A DNA stretch of 64,000 bases, from the NCBI RefSeq assembly GCF_009914755.1, contig NC_060932.1. One strand, given 5' to 3'. The notes beneath the pieces are model-generated. The model was not told where the DNA came from and searched no databases. It was given only the letters and a program-made list of their open reading frames with translations. The DNA comes from the human T2T-CHM13v2.0 reference genome, Homo sapiens. A program made the translations under genes and the position numbers. Of this stretch, positions 41,846 through 56,900 are shown piece after piece; within the stretch, counting starts at the first letter, position 1, and every line of letters starts with the position of its first letter.

Positions 41846-41990
41846 TAGGCACAGTGGTGCACCTTTATAATCCCAGCTAGTTGGGAGGCTGAGGCAGGAT
41901 AATCACTTAAACACAGGAGCTCAAGACCAACCTGGGCAATATAGTGAGACACTCCATCTCTAAAAAGAACGCAAAGAAAAAGAAAGAAAG
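41846..41990 (+). mobile_element. Alu monomer (FLAM/FRAM-like)
   Basis: Single ~130-nt arm, aggcacagtggtgcacc...gaccaacctgggcaatatagtgagac, with A-rich tail. Confidence 0.75.
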
Positions 41991-42304
41991 TACTATATGA
42001 CACTGTGTGTAATTTATATGCAAGTAATACACCATTTTATATAAAGAATTTAAGCATCACAACTTTTCACATAGGCAGAGATCCTGGAACCCCTCCCCCA
42101 TGGATACCGACGGGCAACTATACGGTACAATTTTTGTTACCTATACTCCTCACAGACTTGATATGTTTAAAAACATATCCCTATAGCATATAACTATTTT
42201 CATGTGTAAACAAAAGTGATTCATCTGCTATTATTTTGTAATCTGCTTTTTTAAAAAACTTTTAAATAAAATATGGACATTTACCATGTCATTAATTATT
42301 CTAA

Positions 42305-42605
<301 letters not shown>

Positions 42606-45565
42606 ATTCTAAACCATTTTTAATCACTTTATACTAGGCTAGTACTGAATCCTGCATTGTTGGGAGGAAGTTAGGTTCTGATATCTTAAGTGAAAATCCT
42701 AGATTGTCAAAATTACGTTGAATGTCTATTATGTCCATAGACATACAGTTGTGGTGCAGGGTATAGCCTCTCAGCTCTAACACAATCTGTTTTTTTCTCC
42801 AGTGTGGGAGTAGATCCCTGTTTCTTTGGTTCATTATAAAAAAAAGTAGTTGGCTTGCATCTGTGGGTATTTGATGCATCATGACTGTTTACCTAGCACG
42901 TAGAGTTAAATATTCATGTTACAACGTCACCATGTTTTATCCTGCGGGCCTTCCCTTTTGCTGGACATTCCTCAGCCTCATTTTGACCTCCTCATTGAGA
43001 ACTAAACAGATGTTCTGAAGGTCCCAAATAGTCACACCACAGACTGAATTGTATAGAAATTCAGTTCTTGGAAAATGTCAGAGTTTGAAAGAACATTTAA
43101 GATCATCTCACTTCCCCTCCTCTCCCATTTTTAAGATGGAAACTGAAGTTTGAAGGGAGTAAGGCACCCCCAACAGGTTGACAGTGGCTGAGCCTGGCCG
43201 ACCTCAGCCCGCGTAACATGGACACCTGCTAATTGAGGTCCTGGCAGGGCTGGCAGGAATCTTGGGTACGATATAATACGACCCCTGCCCCCACAGTGAC
43301 TTCACACACAGTTTATCAGAGACCAGACTTCCACTTCCGGACGCACATACACACACACTACCATCTTGTGAGTGCTCATAGGCTGCGAATGCTCATGACT
43401 TGTCTGAACCTTACAACAGCTATGGCAGGTTGTCCAGGGTACAGATTATCATCCCCATTTCACAAATAGAAACACTCAGGCTCAGAAAGGGAGAGGAACT
43501 TGCCGAGGGTCACAAAGCTGGCCCTTGGGGTCTCCTGTGAGTCATTTATCTGACATCAACTCCACGGCGTATTTTTGTTCATTGTATTCCTCCTCTGACC
43601 CACTATGTCACACTGTGTTTCATAAGTCAGTGGGGAAGTAGAACCATTTCTCCAGTTGGGACAGACCCTCCTGGGGAGTGAAGGAAGAACTAGAACATAG
43701 GACTCCTAGATCCAGGCCAGCGGTTCTGGGACCTTTACTCATCAATATAGAGCCCGTGTTTCACTTAGAAAAAGGTCCCCCACTCTGTGGAGGCCCACCC
43801 TCTAGGATTGTGGCTTGGTGGGCAGAGCAAGGGCTGGAGTTCCACCATGACTCTTCCCCAACAGGAACTAAGCTGATACTATTGTGCAGGACACAACTTC
43901 CTCAGCCAGTTACAGCAGACTCGTCTGGACTTACTCAACCGAGTTCTCTTCTGGTGACGACATTTCTCTACCACGCTGGCCAGTCACATTGCTGTGGTAG
44001 CCATTACCTATCCTCAACTCATTGTCTGTCTGAAAGATGCAGAATTTCCTCCAACTAGCAAGCCACCCCTTCTACTCTGAAAAGACAGTGAGAGAAGGCA
44101 GCAGGCAAACCTGGGCTATTAACCACCCAAAGCCAGCGCCTCCTGGCAGAAATCTTAGTGTTTCTGGTTGTAGACACTCAGCTTGGCAGAGGTTGAGAAA
44201 GAATGTTGTTCCAGAACAGCTTCTCGCAGACGTCAACCCCAACTTCCGGGTCAGGCTTATTCACATCTCCTGCCTCTGCTCAGGTGGCATTCCTGCCCTG
44301 CCTGGCATGCTCTCCTCTCTTCTCCCTGGTGACCTCCTCTTCCTTTTCACATCTCCCTTTCTGTGAACCCTGCCTTGGCCTCTCTAGGAAGCTGGGAACT
44401 CGCTTCTCAACTCTCCTACAGAATATCACTGGTGCCATTTACCACTTAGAACATCGACTTGCAATCAGTTACACACCTGTCTCCCTCTCTGGATGGTGAG
44501 TTGTTCAAGGGCTGAAAGGTGTCAAACAGATATCTGTGACTCTGGAGCCTGTATAAATGACCTCATTTTCCCAGACTCTCTCCAGTCCTTTTTGTGGTCA
44601 CCTTTTCTTTTAATGAGAATAAATGGCTCCAGTTGCCATCTCTCATACCTTGGGAAGTCAATTGCCCTCCCTGTGAACTCTGGAAAGAGCAATAAGAGAG
44701 ATTGTCTGGCAATGGCCTGGGGAACGCACTATGTGCTGCCTGGACAATAAACTTTCAGGGACCAAGAGCCCTCTCCTCCCAGCTAGAGGGGCTCCACTTG
44801 GGCTGAGCTTCCCGCTAGACTGGATCTTTCATCCCCGGTGGCAGGGACTGCAACTTTTCATGGTGCTCAAGATATCCAAGCATGGAGCAGCCGGTTTCCC
44901 ACACAACAGCTATAAACAACTGACACCCAAATGCACTGAGGTGCCTGGCAATTAACCTCTCCACTGAGAAGGCTGCTTTCTCATAGTGAGGCTGTGCCCC
45001 TTCCCTGGGAAGTCACTCTGCCTCTCAGAGGTGATGGAAGGGTGAGTTTCCTGTGTCCTCTCCTCTTGCCAACCTGGCCTTGGAAGTTTCCTTTTAGCAA
45101 GAAAACCAACACCATGCCAACACTGGAATTCGTTTCCAACACTGATGCCTGGCCAATGGTGATGCCCAGACAGGCCATCCTCCTGTGCCCACCTCCAGCG
45201 TGTGACCCTCTAAATTCCAGTCCTCCTCACTCAGTGTCTGCCTCCTGCCTCTGCTGCCTTCTCCCTGAAATGCCTCCCCCATCCATGGCTTCGATTCTCA
45301 CCCTCCTTTTCCCAAACCCAGTTGCTTTAGTAGTAGGAGTCTTCCTAAAGGCCGAGTCATAAATATGACCCACAAAAGATCAGGGAAACACTGGATAAGT
45401 AACACAAGATCATTCTGAGCTCTTGGCCATCATACCACTGGACAACTACAGTGTCCATCCTTCTCCCCAAGCCCAGCCTCCCACTAGCCTGTGGAACTTT
45501 CCTACTAAGAAATGTTCCTATATTCTCTTCCTCTTCTCTTTCCAGATTGTGGCCTCTCCCTCCCT

Positions 45566-45915
45566 CTTCCCACCAGAAAAAAATCTGAAATTATGATTAT
45601 GTTATCAGGAAAGTTGTCTTCATCTATGACTAGCCTATGTTCATGCCCTGAGGAGGGAAGGGAGAAAAGTTTTGCTTTTCTTAACCCAAGAGACTCGCAT
45701 GGCATTTTTCTACACCAAAGAGCCATCCACCCATTTTCCTTCCCATCAGAAAAAAGTCTGAAATTACGATTATGTTATCAGGAAAGTTGTCTTCATCTAG
45801 AAATAGCTTATGTTCACACTCTGAGAAGGGTAGGGAGAAAAGTTTGCTTTTCTTAATCCAAATAGCTCACATGGCATTTTTCTACATCAAAGAGACATCC
45901 ACCCCTGTTTTCCAT
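45566..45915. repeat. Tandem duplication, 2 x ~173 bp
   Basis: tctgaaatta[t/c]gattatgttatcaggaaagttgtcttcatcta...catggcatttttctaca occurs twice head to tail. Confidence 0.95.
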
Positions 45916-47825
45916 CTTTAGCCCCACCAAAACAACATTTCTGAGGCTTTAAAATTCTAGTAGTTCCTTAGTGTGCACTTCAGCAGATTCACTCCCTACC
46001 TCTCCCAACTCTACTAATGATAACAGAGGGTCCCGTATCCAGTGGAGCTTCCCTGGGGCATGTGCTCTGTGACTTCTTCCTTTCACTCCAGCGCAGTGTG
46101 AATGAGGGGGTGAGTGAGTCGATGCTCTATTTCTGCATGTGTGTCAGGGGAGCGGGTATACATGTGTTGGAGTTGAAGGTCACATGTGTGTGTGATTGCA
46201 TGTGGATGTACTCCCTTGTGCTGTTCCGGGAGGGATGTGTGTGTGCCGTGCACATGTGTGCTTACATGTGCTAGGGCTGGAGGTCAGGTAGCGTGCAGAA
46301 GAGGAAGAAATTTGTATAGGATTTGAGATTTCTCAGGCTGCCTCTTGCCAAGTGGTTTCCTCTGAAGCTCAGAATCAGCCCATATGGGCTGGGGTGGAAA
46401 ATAACCACTGTAAGCAGGCAGTCCCTGACTCATTCCGAAAGCGTGTGGGCCCACCACTTACTACAATGTGTCTCACAATTGAATCTGCTCACCCTGCCTT
46501 CAGACTGTGCCTCTGAGGCCCCGTATTCCTTTCCAAAAGCTTGGGAGAAACCATGTAGACCCTTTATCACATCCATCTACTTTTTCCCTCCTGCCTGGCC
46601 CTCTTCCCTGGAACAAAGCTCACACTGCCATTTCTTCAGACTCTGTATCCAAAGATCTACCCATTAAAACCTCTGTACTCTCCCCAAGAGGTCCTGGAGA
46701 GTGCCTTCAAGGTTCCATTAGTGTCCTTGTGGCTGTATTTGCTCTGTCTTCCCTTTCTGTCTCTCCTACTTACAACCGCTGTGGAGACCCATCACCCCAG
46801 AGCCAAGTAGAAGCAACATCATCTCCGGGAAAGGGGACCACTGAGACCATCTCCAACAGAGAAACCATTACAGCGTCTGCTTCTTAGTTCCATAGAATAT
46901 GCACCCCAGACACCTCATCTGTCCAAGATGATTTCTCTGTTCCTAATCCTTTCCCCTAACCCTGAGGTGAGAGTATGGCTAGGTCGGGCTCACAGGTAAG
47001 ACTCATGAATATTTGTTGAGTACATTAGGCAGCAATACGGGCAGTCATTTTATATTCAGACCCAGCCATCTTGATGCATCATGAAGTGGCTTGAAAATGC
47101 CTGCCTCAAAAGGTCCCACTTTACTCCCAGGATGGTGCTACCTACTGTGCTTGGAGCTGTAGCCTATATGCAGGTTATTGTCCTGAGCTATGCTGCCCTG
47201 CACTACCACAGTGTGTACGTCCTGCTAATGACAAGAGAAGCAGTGCTGATATTCAGCTGGAATGCATCGACACACCTCTACTGGTTATTTATAGCCTGCA
47301 AGCACACCCATAGGTTATCTGCTGACTGGCTGGTGCCCTTCCACTGCCAATGGTTTATATGCTCCCCTGGGGGGGGTATCCCTCCCACCCACCTCCATAC
47401 ACTCCCCCTACACACATGCACACTCACTCATGCATTTAGAACCTTGCTGCTATAAGACACCCTGGAGGCCCCCTTGCCAGGCCAGCAATTCCTCTGGACA
47501 AACTGAATGTTCTATCTATGCCTGTAGCCACCTCTTCTTAGCACTCAATAGACCATGAGCAGAGTCAAAGGACAACTTCACATAGCCTCCTATCTCCCTA
47601 AATCCCCTCTCCTAGTGCCTCTGTTCTTCCACTACTCTGTCCCTCCCTTCTGTATCTGCCCTTGATTTCTGCATTAAGTCCATTTGCTGCCAGGTTCTAG
47701 GGACCTTATGGTCTTGGGCAATCCAAAGTAGAGCTCCACATGGCCCATGAAGCAAAGGCTGGGCCATGGAAAATAGATGTTACTGCTTACTGGTTGAGTT
47801 AGCCTCATTGAAAAATCTCAAATGG

Positions 47826-48237
<412 letters not shown>

Positions 48238-49275
48238 TCATTACCAGAGGGAACTTCTGATTATCAATGCAGTGGATTACAAATTTCACAGTCACAGAAA
48301 CAGACAAACAAAAGTCCAACTTAAAGTCTACTTTGGGCCCTCATCTTGCCAGATAACAGAAAACATAATTTAGTCATTTCTTGACAAATGGAGTCACTGC
48401 GTATACATGTGCAGTCTCTTTGGGATAGACGGTCAAGGGACTTCTCTCTCACTGAGTGACATCTGAATTCTGTTTGCCAATGTCATGACCTGATGTTAAT
48501 GTTCTCTTCCAGGATTTGGTCCTTGCTTGTTGGGTGGCCAGGAAATAACAGCTTTGCACAGGCTGCTCAAGGTGGTGAGAGAAAGACCTATAGCCCCTTG
48601 CCTGAATCCAAACCACTGTTTTTTGGCTATTACAAGATAATTTATAAGTGACTTATTTGTATGCTGCATACTATTTTTTGCTGCTATACATTTTAATTTC
48701 CAATGTTATTTTGGGTGACTTAAAGGAAGTGGCTGGGAAAGAAAGCTTTGGCTTGACATACGGAAACTGCTACTTAACCTATACAGAATAAGAATATGGG
48801 CTTTGGAGAGGACAGATCAGGTTTGTCAGAGTGTGAATTCTCTGACTCATGAAAGTTAAAATGTAATCAATAAACATTCTTAACGGGGATAAGTGTATCA
48901 GTGTTAAAGCCACATTTTACTGAAGTTTGTTATTTTTTTCTTAAAAAATGTTCATTGCTTTTTTATTTTAAAAAGTCACACATTTAAAATGTAAAAAAAA
49001 ATTATAACTAAAAAATTGAAAGTCACCAGTAAACCCAACAAAAATTCCAAAAATAACCATTTTAAATATTTTGATGTATATCCTTCTGGCCTTTTGTCTC
49101 TATGTGTGGATGTGTATAAATTTAAAGATAACACTAATTATTTATATATACTTTCATTCCTTTTTTGGGGGGTTATTATATTTGCTGTATATCATGAGCT
49201 GTTTCAGTTTTTCACTAAAATATCTGTGAAGCCATTGACGATGAAATTGAAAGAGAAACTTAAAAAAGAAAATCT

Positions 49276-49590
<315 letters not shown>

Positions 49591-49849
49591 AATCTGTCTT
49601 TTTTTGAGCACATATCATGTGCCAGTCATTGTCTGAATGTCTAATATATCTTATCTCACCTGTCTTCACAAGAGCCTTAAGTGTTAGGTACTATCCTCTC
49701 CCCCATTTCATAGAACAGGAAAGTAAGACTTAGATGAGTAATGTGTACAAGGTAACAGACAGAAAGTTGTGGAAATAAGAATTGAATTGATACATAAGAT
49801 TCCCAAAATCAAGATCTTAATCACCACACCATTAATTAATTAATTATTT

Positions 49850-50810
49850 AATTAATCTGTTTATTCATTCATTCTACAAATGGTTGAGTACTTGCTATTA
49901 CCAGGAATTATTCTAGAATACATCCATGATCAGAACAGGCAAAAAACAATGCACCCATAGAGTTATATTCTACTGGGGGTTAGGTGAGCTGAAAATAGAC
50001 AATGAATAAGAAAAAGCAGAAATGTTACAATACAGTAGATGTCTGTCAGTGCTATGGAGAATAACAAAACAGGGAGGTGTGATGGGACGGCCATGCAATT
50101 TGAAATAGAATGCATAAGGCAGACCTCATTGAGAAGGTAATATTTGAGCTAAGTCTTGAAGGAGGTGAAGGAGCGAGACAGGTTGATGTCTGGGGGAAGA
50201 ACACTCAGGCAGAGGGAACAGCATGTGCAAAGCCCCTGAAGCAAGAGGGTGCTTAGACTGTGTGAGGAACAGAAGGAGGTGAGAATAGCTGAGACAGAGT
50301 GAGCAGAAGAAAACATGGAGGAGAGGAGATTTGAGATTTGGGTCCAGTCACATTGTAAACCTATGTAAAGACTTGGGCTTTTTCTTTAGGAGTAATGAGA
50401 AGGTATTAGCAGACTAAATAGAGTGGCGTCATCCAGCTTGGATTTTAACAGGATGCTTCTGGTATTTGTGTAGAGAAAAAGCTGTACAGGGAGCAAGGAT
50501 GGAGAGTCAGGAAGCTAATGCAAGCATCCAAGCAAAAGACGAGGGTTTGGACCAGGGCAATGACAGGGAACGTGAGCTGTGGTCACATTCCAGTTCTATT
50601 TTGAAGACGGCAAAGGAGGCACATGAGCATGGGAGTGCTGAGGGTTACGCTAGACATTTAAGGCTTTGAAGTTGGATGAGATCGCCAAGGGCATGTGTCC
50701 TAGACAAGAGTAGAGGCCTGAAGACTGAGCCCTGGGCATCCTAACAGAGGTTCGAAAGATAAAGGGAAACCAGCAAACAATGAAAGCAATGTAGGTGGTG
50801 AGACAAAATA
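49850..50810. mobile_element. L2 relic (further L2 pieces at about 54590-55600, 56100-56760, 57870-58450, 59745-60010)
   Basis: attcattcattc 3'-end motif and typical L2 segments such as ggcagagggaacagcatgtgcaaagcccctga. Confidence 0.7.
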
Positions 50811-52569
50811 TCAGTCTCTTTTGAGAGCCAATCTTGGGCAAGTTCATTGACCTGCATTATTTCATCAAATCCCTATTCCAATCTTGTCGGGGAAAGTATC
50901 CTACCCATTTTATAGATAAGAGAATTAGAGGCTCAGAGGGAAGAAATTATTCAAGGTATCAAATAGGCAAGAAACAGAGCTAGGATTGAAGCCTTTTTTT
51001 GGATGTAAAGAGCATGTTTCTTGGCCTGGCTGGGTTCTTGCCCTGTGCATTATACAAGGTAATATGGAAGCTCATGTTTCTCTTGCCACAATAATCTCCA
51101 GGAAGCAATCCTCAACCACAGCAGAAAGGGAGTTGATTGGTGCATATTTCAGCTTCCTCCATCTTGAGTGAGGCAATTCTGAGGTGTGCCATCCACCTTC
51201 TCCCAGAACACCACAGTGGAATTGTGACCTGGTTGCCCATGGTCACTGCTGTGAGTTGACAATGTTCCCTGACTGGTTTCCTTTAAGTCCCTGCCTCACC
51301 TGCCCATTCCCTTAGTGGCATTGCTCAGATCACCTGCCTTACAAATCCCTTGCACTCATATTCTTATTGCAGAGGCTGCTTCTGAAGAAACCCAACAGTA
51401 GACTCTGGTGTGAAGAACAAAGACACACAGCTTGAGCCTGGGGATGGACACCTCCCAGCAGCCCTGGCTGCCACTCACTGCTGTGCTGCAGCCTGAGGTG
51501 TGTGGGGATGGGTGCCGTACACACTGTGTCTGCATGTACAACACACGTGCATCCAGGTGCACATCTATTGGTGGATGTGGGCAGGTGTCCACGTCTGTGT
51601 GCCAGCTCAGATGTTAACAGCAGGAAAGGAAAACTGAACCAGCTCCTTATGTAAATATTGGACAACTAGAACACTTTTCTGTTTCTTTGAGTCATTTCAG
51701 AGTTTCTGAAACTTTGCCGCCACTCCCCTTGGATGGAGGGTGGGAGTGGAGGTTGGGGGAAAGGAGGTTATTTTTGGCCCGGGGATTTCAGAGCTCCTCC
51801 GTTATGTGTGTTTCTCCTCTCTCTCCTGCCCACCGAAGCCCTCAGAGGGGAAGATCTGCTGAAGAGAGGGAGAGGTCCTTGCAGTCCCTTGGCAAATCAT
51901 GTGCTACCTCTGTGGCTCTGGATAGCAGAGAATTCACTGAAGGACATGAGATGCCGAGTGGCTCCCCCATGCCAACCTACCCCAATGCTCCTAACTCAAG
52001 AGAAAAGAGGTGGACAGACACCAGATTCAAAACAGTTCCAGGTTTAAAGACAGAAGCTGTAGGTTTGCAATCTCAGTTTGTGTCCCTGACCATGTCATTC
52101 AGCTGCTCTGAGTGCAGGGCTCTTGCCTGTGGAAAGAGGATGAGGAAGCCTGCCCCATGGTCCCTTAGGGTGGCTGTGAGTCTCCCATGAGACTAGCAGC
52201 CTGAGGAGGGCATCTGAAAGAACACTTTAGAACCAGATAGATACAGGTTCAAATCTTATCTCTGACATTTCCTTAACCCAACCTTGAGAAGTAAATTAAC
52301 CTCTCTGAGCCTCTGTATTCCCATCAGTAAAATGGTGATTAAAAATATTTTAATTTTATTTAATTAAATGATGTAACATATAAACTACCCATTAATTCAC
52401 TGGCAAGTAGAATGTGCTTATAAATGTCTGTTTCCTCCTTTCTATCTACCCTGATACTTCCCAGGACAGTGAAGGAAAATAGAGACGAGTATAGGTAGAA
52501 AAATGGGAGGGAAATAGATTTGAGGCATAGAGCATTTTTCTTTGGTTAACCAATGCAGAGGGTTACTAG

Positions 52570-53950
52570 AGAGTTAATTTAATCCAATATACAAACTTTA
52601 CTGCCACAGACAATAAGGACAGGTAGAGAATGAAGAGCTGTAATATTCAAAGATTCGTACTACAAATTGACAGGAAAAACACAAACCACCCAATAAAAAA
52701 TAGGAAAAAGTGTAAAATAAAGCAATCCAAATGAACAATAAACATAGTAAAAGATACTTAAATTCACTAGAAGTCAGGGAAATAAAAATTAATATAAATT
52801 TCATGTAATTAATGAGACATTATTTTACATTCATCCAGCTGGCATACCTAAAAAGAGCATTAACACTTGTTGCTGGTAAGTGTTCCATGAAAAGAACGTT
52901 TGCATATATTGCTGGTGGAAATGCAAATTGTCACAGCATTTGTATAAATCAATAGGGCAACATCTATTAAAACTGTAAAACATATTAATATGGTTTGGCT
53001 CTGTGTTCCCACCCAAATCTCATTTTAAATTTTAATCCCCATGTTTCAGGGGAGGGACCAGGTGGATGGTGATTGGATCATGGGGGCGGATTTCCCCCAC
53101 GCTGTTCTCGTGACAGTGAGTTCTCACGAGATTTGCTGAATTTTAAGTGTGTGGCCCTTCCCGCTTCGCTCTCTCACTCTTCCTCCTGCTCTGCCATGTG
53201 ATGAAGGTGCCTTGCTTCCCCTTCGCCTTTCACCAAGATTGTAAGTTTCCTGAGGCCTCCCAGTCATGCTTCCTATTAAGTCTGAAGAATTGTGAGTCAA
53301 TGAAACCTGCTTTCGTCATAAATTACTCAGACTCAGGTAGTTCTTTGTAGCAGTGTGAGAATGAACTAACACACATATATTCTTTTATCCAGCAATTCTA
53401 CTTTTGTGACTCAATTCCATAGAAATTAAACATCAGCACATCAAGATACAAACACACACAGTCAGGTGAAGGTTTAAACAAATAATGCTACATTATGCCA
53501 TGGTGCATTATGTGATTATTTAAGAGACTGTATTTGGATTATATTATTAGATTTCCATAACATATTATTAAGCACTAAAAGTAGATACAAAGAATTGTTT
53601 TTATATCATATGATGTCATTTTTGGCAAAGCAAACAATAATAAAAAAACTATACATGGATGCACACATTTGTGCAAAGCAGAGTGAAAAGTCAGAGGGAG
53701 TGACTGTCGGGTTGGTAACAAATTACTCAGAGTGGGTTCAAGGGTTGGGGTGGGGGAGGGGTCTCATCATATGACAGGAAGAAGGTAAAGAGAGTAAAAA
53801 AGGAAAGGAAGACAAAAAGCAGGACCATGAGACCAAAAGCATGTACAATATAATCCCATGTATGTGCATCGACGAGCATTAAAAAGTTCAGAGAAAATAA
53901 AAGATAACATTAGATATATAACCTACTGACTCAATAAATGAACATTATAC
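52570..53950 (+). mobile_element. Old L1M relic interrupted by an MST LTR
   Basis: A-rich L1 ORF2-end-like sequence (tattgctggtggaaatgcaaattg...atccagcaattctacttt). Confidence 0.65.
52987..53373 (+). mobile_element. MSTA/THE1-family LTR
   Basis: atatggtttggctctgtgttcccacccaaatctc...gtaagtttcctgaggcctccc...gcagtgtgagaatgaactaacaca. Confidence 0.88.
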
Positions 53951-56900
53951 ATTGTTGAGTAAAATAAAATTGTAATGACAGTGAAAATGCAATGAGTAGG
54001 ACTTAAACTTCCAACGCCTCATGGAAAGGACAGCCCCACAAAGAAATGAGTAAGACACAGGCCTGGGGCAGCCAGTACTCAGAGGAGCTGGAGGCGGGGC
54101 AGACCACTGGGAGGGTGAAATTAAAAACACAAAAAACTCCCACATGCACATGTATCCCAGAACTTAAAGTCAAATAAAAAAGAAGAAGAAGAAAAACACA
54201 TAAAAAGAACCCTTTCCTGTGATAGAATGACCAATAGAAGTTGTGAGGAAGTAGAGAGAGAGAAGCAGAAGGAGTGAGGAAAAATAAGGGAAAGTTTTGG
54301 GGTACTGATTTTCTTATTCTACACAGTGGAAAATAAATAGGTCCCATGTAAATACGATGGCTTAAAAATAGTAGCTTGAAGTGGATAATATATAAAGCTC
54401 TAATCATAATAAACAATTAAAAATTAAAATATTTTAAATTCTACATGTTGTAAATATTTAATTTTAAACCTTATGATATTATAAATATTATATTTTTAAT
54501 TAAATATAACCAATAAAATAGTAGGGGTGGGAGAGAAAGGGGAGTGAGATCTCTGGCCCACCATGGCTAGCAAGAAGTCTACTGAGATGACAGTGATGAC
54601 AAGACTGCATGGTCTCTGCCCTGTGGAACCCATGGTACACTGTGGAAGACTGGAAATAAACAGGGAAGTGAATGATTTTACACTGTGGTCAGAAGTAAGC
54701 TGTAACAGGCAACAGTGGGGCTTGGGGGTGGTCCTCAGCAGACCGGCTGGTCAGGGAGGCTCTTGGAGGAGACAGCATTTCCATAGAGATATGAAGAATG
54801 GAAAAGTGTTGGCCAGGAAAGGCACTCTGGGCAGAAGGAATCTCAGGATGCAGGTCTGGAGCAGCAGGGAGCTTGACCTGCCTGAAGATTTGACTCATGA
54901 GGTTCGGGCAGCTGCAGCAAAGTGAGCAAATGGGGTGATTATTGGCCAGAAGGGAAGAAAGGCAGGCAGGAATCAGGCCATCATCAGCAGTGGGGACCTT
55001 ATTCTCAGAGCAATGTGAAGCCTTTGATGTGTTTTAAATGTGGGAGTTACAAGACTACAGTTATGTTTTTGAAAGATCACCATGGTGGGGCAGGAGAAGA
55101 CCTCAGAGGCTGCTGGGTGCAATGTAGGTTGAAGGTGGGGAAGTGTAGAAAACAGACTGATGGAATAGCAGGTGCTGGCATTTTTCAGGGAGTAGAGAGA
55201 AAGCTTGGACCAGAGTGGTGACAGCAATGGGAAGGAGAGGAATTACAAGACTCAAGATCCAAGGAGGATCTTGTAGTCAAAAGGATTTGTTAAGAGATTA
55301 GATAAGGAAATGAAGAAACATCTCCATTGTTCTGGCATTAGCAACCAAGCGGATGGTGTTACCATTGACTAACATAAAAAGACTGTGGAGGAACATTTTG
55401 GAGATCCCACCAAGAGCTCAGTTTTGCACATGCTGTCCCTGGGGTGTCCATGACACATCCATTGGGCATATGAGTCTATGGTTCAGAGGAGAGGCCTGGG
55501 TGGGAGGTACACATTTGGGAGTTGCTGGCATCCCATGGTATTTAAAACCACTGGAATGTATGAGGTCACCAGAGCAGAGAAGAGACCCTTAAAAAGTTCA
55601 AAACTCAACGCAGTTATTTCCAAAAAAAATACTCAGATCCTTGAGGATTTTGGAAAATAAATGACTTGGAAGAATTTTTCCCCTGGCACTTGGTTCCCCT
55701 CATCGTCTTTGGCTGCAGGAGTGATGCTGCTGGCCCAGGCCTTGGTCTGCTCACAGGAAGACGCTACGCCAGCTTGAAAACCACATCTCCTCCAAGGGTC
55801 CCGTGCCAGGCCCCGTGACCCACCTCCTCCCTCTCCCCTCCCTTTCATTCCAACTCTACTATGAGGCTGCATAGAAATTATGTTTTCTGTTATCTCACAA
55901 GATGAGGGCCTATACAGAATAGGAATGGGCTTTGGAGAGGACAGATAAGGTTTGTCAGTGTGTGAATTATCTGACTATGGATTTTACAAGATTCTGTCTT
56001 CTGCTACAGAGGATGAAAGCTGGTGTGAGCCCCTTGCTCAGATAAAGCGTGGCTGCAGAAACTAGCTCTCCTCAGCCTTGCCTCTCATGCCCCTTGAGCT
56101 CTTTTCCAGAACAGATGCCACCCCATGTCACCAACTGTCTTCTTGATATTCCTTCTCAGGTTGTCTCGTGGGCTTCTTCTCACTTACTATGTCCAAAACA
56201 AGATTTTTGATGTTTTTTTTTTCTCCAATGCTGACTCTTATTCAACTTTCCTAATTTCTGTTAATAAAAATCATCATTCATCAAATTTGTTGAATCAGAA
56301 GGAAAAGATGGATAACCAACAGAGATCCCTTCCCCATCTCCGTGGCCCATGACCATCAGTCTCCAAGTTCTATTGTCTCTGTTCATGGCTGTTCGCTCCT
56401 CATCTTCTGTCACTACCTTAGCCCAAGCTTCCACTAATCCTTGCTTGTCTCTCTTTGCCTGGAGTCTCACTATCTGATTCCTCCTAACTCCTCAAAATCT
56501 ACCTTCCATATATGATCTTTCCAAATCACAAATCTGATTCTGTCTCTACCATAAAACCCAAACAGCCTTCTCCCATTCCCTCAGAAGAATTTCCAAGTTC
56601 CTTAGCTATCTAAGGGTCTCAGTGGCATGGCTACTACCTGGTTTCCCAGTCTAATCTTCCCCAGTTTCCTCCTACACTTTCTCTTTCATCTTAGTGAGGT
56701 TCAAGTAGCTCCTCTAATTCTCTGCCCACACACTGTTTCTATTGCCCAGACACCTTCTTTGTCCAGCTACACCTTCTTATCCCTCCCTGTTTCCCTCCCC
56801 TTCTCGCCACCCCATCTCTGATTGCTATGCTGTCTCCTCTGTGATCCCATTATTATGCTATCCTGACCCTTTTCACCCTGTGATCTGTTCTGTAATGGAA

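Noticed and set aside
51687-52190. 167-aa ORF (and the 168-aa ORF at 56767..57273 on -)
   Set aside because: No recognisable homology, promoter or splice context; 51687 begins at a non-ATG codon; such lengths are expected by chance in 64 kb.
55249-55278. Small hairpin (caagatcc/ggatcttg); also tatacctat/ataggtata at 61428-61448
   Set aside because: Stems of 8-9 bp in repeat-derived DNA are expected by chance and are too short for a pre-miRNA.
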